A stretch of 64,000 bases of DNA from NCBI RefSeq assembly GCF_963921235.1, contig NC_086108.1:112470001-112534000 (forward strand). Reading direction: 5' to 3'. The DNA is from Mobula hypostoma. Its lineage: Eukaryota. Within the stretch, counting starts at the first letter, position 1. Every line of letters begins with the position of its first letter. Below the pieces are notes generated by a model. The model was not told where the DNA came from. It did not search any database and saw nothing but the letters and a program-made list of their open reading frames with translations. Made by a program: the position numbers and the translations under genes. Below are positions 61,610 through 64,000 of this stretch, in pieces.

Positions 61610-62300
61610 AGATAGAACATAGACCAGCACAGGATCAGGCCCTTTGGCCACAATGTTGTGCTGAACCAGTTAAAGGAGAAATCAAATGGCCAACTAATCT
61701 CTTCTGCCTACACAATGTCCATACCTTTCCATTTTCTTCTCAATCATCTGCCTATCTAAATGTCTCCTCAAAGTCTCCAATGTTACCGCCTCTACCATCA
61801 CCAGGCACACATCACACTCTGCATAAGAAAACTTACCCCTCACATCTCCTTTGAAATTACCCCCTCTCACCTTACATGCATGCCTTCCGGTATTAGATAT
61901 TAAAAGATACTGTCAACTCTATCTAAGCCTCTCATAATCTTATAAACCTCTATCAGATCTCCCCTCAGCCTCCGTCGCTCCAGAGAAGACAACCCAAGTT
62001 TGTCCAGCCCCTCGTTACAGCACACTCCCTCTAATCCAGGCAGCATCCTGGTAAACACGAGGAAATCTGCAGATGCTGGAATTTCAAGCAACACACACAC
62101 AAAAGTTGCTAGTGAACGCTTCTTTCAGTTAGTCCTGACGAAGGGTCTCGGCCCAAAACGTCGACTGTACCTCTTCCTAGAGATGCTGCCTGGCCCGCTG
62201 TGTTCACCAGCAACTTTTAAGCATCCTGGTAAACCTCTTCTGTACCCTCTTGAAAGCCTCAACATCCTTCCTATGGTGGGGTGACCAGGGCTGTAAGCAA
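61610..62300 (-). mobile_element. CR1 3' fragment carrying a 163-bp PLE remnant (62057-62219)
   Basis: Chimeric ORF 61900..62100. The duplicated agcatcctggtaaac (62042-62056 and 62220-62234) flanks pLTR sequence. Confidence 0.85.
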
Positions 62301-62959
62301 TTAAGATTCAGTTAAAGTAACCGATCTTATTTTCATGTGCTACACACATACACACACACACAGACACACACACAAAATTCAGCAGGTAAGGCAGCATCTA
62401 TTGCTCATTCGTTACATGCCATGTCATGACCATAATTGTCCTTGACAAATTTTTCTACAGAACTGGTTTACTATTGCTGCCTTCTGGGCAGTGTCTTTAC
62501 AAGACAGGTGACCCCAGCCATTATCAATGAGATTGTCCTGATGATGTCCCTTAACATCAACTGTTTACTCCTTTCCATAGATGCTGCCTGGCCTGCTGTG
62601 CTTTCCAAGATTTTGTGTGTGTTTCTTTGATTTCCAGTGTCTGCAGATTTTCTCTTGTCAGAGGTTGTCTGCCTGGCGTCAGTGGTCACATAACCTGGTC
62701 TTGTGATGTGCACCAGCTGCTCGTACGGGCATCCACCACCAGCTCCCATGGCATCACGTGACCCTGACTGGGCACTGACCAAGGGTGACCTTCAGCCTTG
62801 CGGAGGGAAGGAGCACCTTACACCTCCTTTGGTAAGAGTCCTATCTCCACCTCACCACCCAATCAATTACTAATCCTATTAAATGTGCTTTACTCTACAA
62901 TATTCAGTTCTGTGAAGGACACGATGTTACAAATTTCAAGCCACATCCCAGTCTCAACC

Positions 62960-63290
62960 TTAAGACCATGGACATAGGAGCAGAATAAGGCCATTTGGCC
63001 CATCGAGTCTGCTTTCTCCCTGTAACCTTTGACACCCTGACTGCTCAAGAACCTATCAACCTCGGCTTTAAATATACCCCTCGACTTGGCCTCCACAGCT
63101 GCCTGTGACAGTGAATTCCACAGATTCATTACCCCCTGGCTAAAGAAATTCCTCCTCATCTCTATTCTACAGGGATGTCCCTCTATTCTGAGGCTGTGTC
63201 CTCTGGTCCCAGACTCCCCCACTCCTGGATACATCCTCTCTACATCCTCTCTATCAAGATATTTCAACATTCGATAGGTTTTAATGACGT
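62960..63290 (-). mobile_element. CR1 3' fragment
   Basis: ORF 62890..63297 (RGHSLRIEG, RRNFFSQGVMNLWNSL). Confidence 0.85.
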
Positions 63291-64000
63291 CTTTCAATGA
63301 GAACTCTGGAGTGAGATGAAGCCTGACAGGTTACTGACATGAAATATTGACCCAGTTCCTCTCTCATGTAACATCTGCTCGATAATTTTGTTTTATACTC
63401 AACATAATACATACAGCTTCCACAGATTCACCAGCCTCTGGCCAAATCACTATGCTACCTCATTCATTTTTATGAAGGGTCTCCAATTTGAAACATTAAC
63501 TCGGTTTCTCTCTCCATGGATACTGCCTGACCTTCTGAGTGTTTTTGGCATTTTCTGCTTTAATTGTAGATTCCAGACCGGTGGGTTTTTTTAAAAATAC
63601 AACTTTCTTGCTATTTTGTTCCTTTGTTAGACAGATAATTATTTATATGGAATCTGAATGATTTTATTTTGAAAATAGGACAACTCTTGTCACAAAATAG
63701 AATCAATTCTTTCATCAACCACCCATTGACACCAATCCCATTTCATTCTCCCCACACCCCTCAGGTTTAACCCCCGCCCTCTCTCTGCCATACATGGGTG
63801 CATGGATCTCGAGTGGAGCAGGATCACAGCCCAGGCCTGTATTGCACTGTACTGCTGCCGCAAAAAAAACCCAGATTTCATGACATTTGTGAGTGATGAT
63901 AAACCTGATTCTGATATGGGTCTCTGTTGTGGATTGAGAGTGGGAGGGGGGCAGGAAGAGGGGAATCATGGTTGGGAAAAGGGGAAGGGAGAGGGGAGGG

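Overview
Eukaryotic (vertebrate) genomic DNA, very probably from a cartilaginous fish (ray or shark). This taxon call is inferred from the repeat mix: HER1/CR1-type LINEs, HE1/V-SINE-type SINEs, Rex1/Babar LINEs and Neptune-type Penelope-like elements (PLEs). Two spliced host genes lie on the minus strand, adjacent as in human 1p22. C1orf52 is complete, with 3 coding exons (27595-27338, 20377-20185, 15776-15616) and 203 aa. BCL10 has coding exons 2 and 3 (47921-47636, CARD; 41121-40751); its short exon 1 was not found and is probably beyond 64000. Most of the rest is transposon-derived. Main observations: (1) a four-level nested insertion in presumed BCL10 intron 1 (CR1 < Buster-type hAT remnant < ZMYM1-like hAT with 8-bp TSD < young PLE with a ~760-codon open frame and 13-bp TSD); (2) minimal hammerhead-ribozyme motifs in the PLE pseudo-LTRs, two with intact cores on the BCL10 sense strand; (3) a minisatellite downstream of the BCL10 stop carrying about 13 DR3 nuclear-receptor elements; (4) a 38/50-bp minisatellite with an exact 540-bp higher-order repeat and CTCF-like motifs upstream of C1orf52. 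All identifications are by eye, with no database search. Boundaries of degraded repeats are approximate and functional statements are hypotheses.
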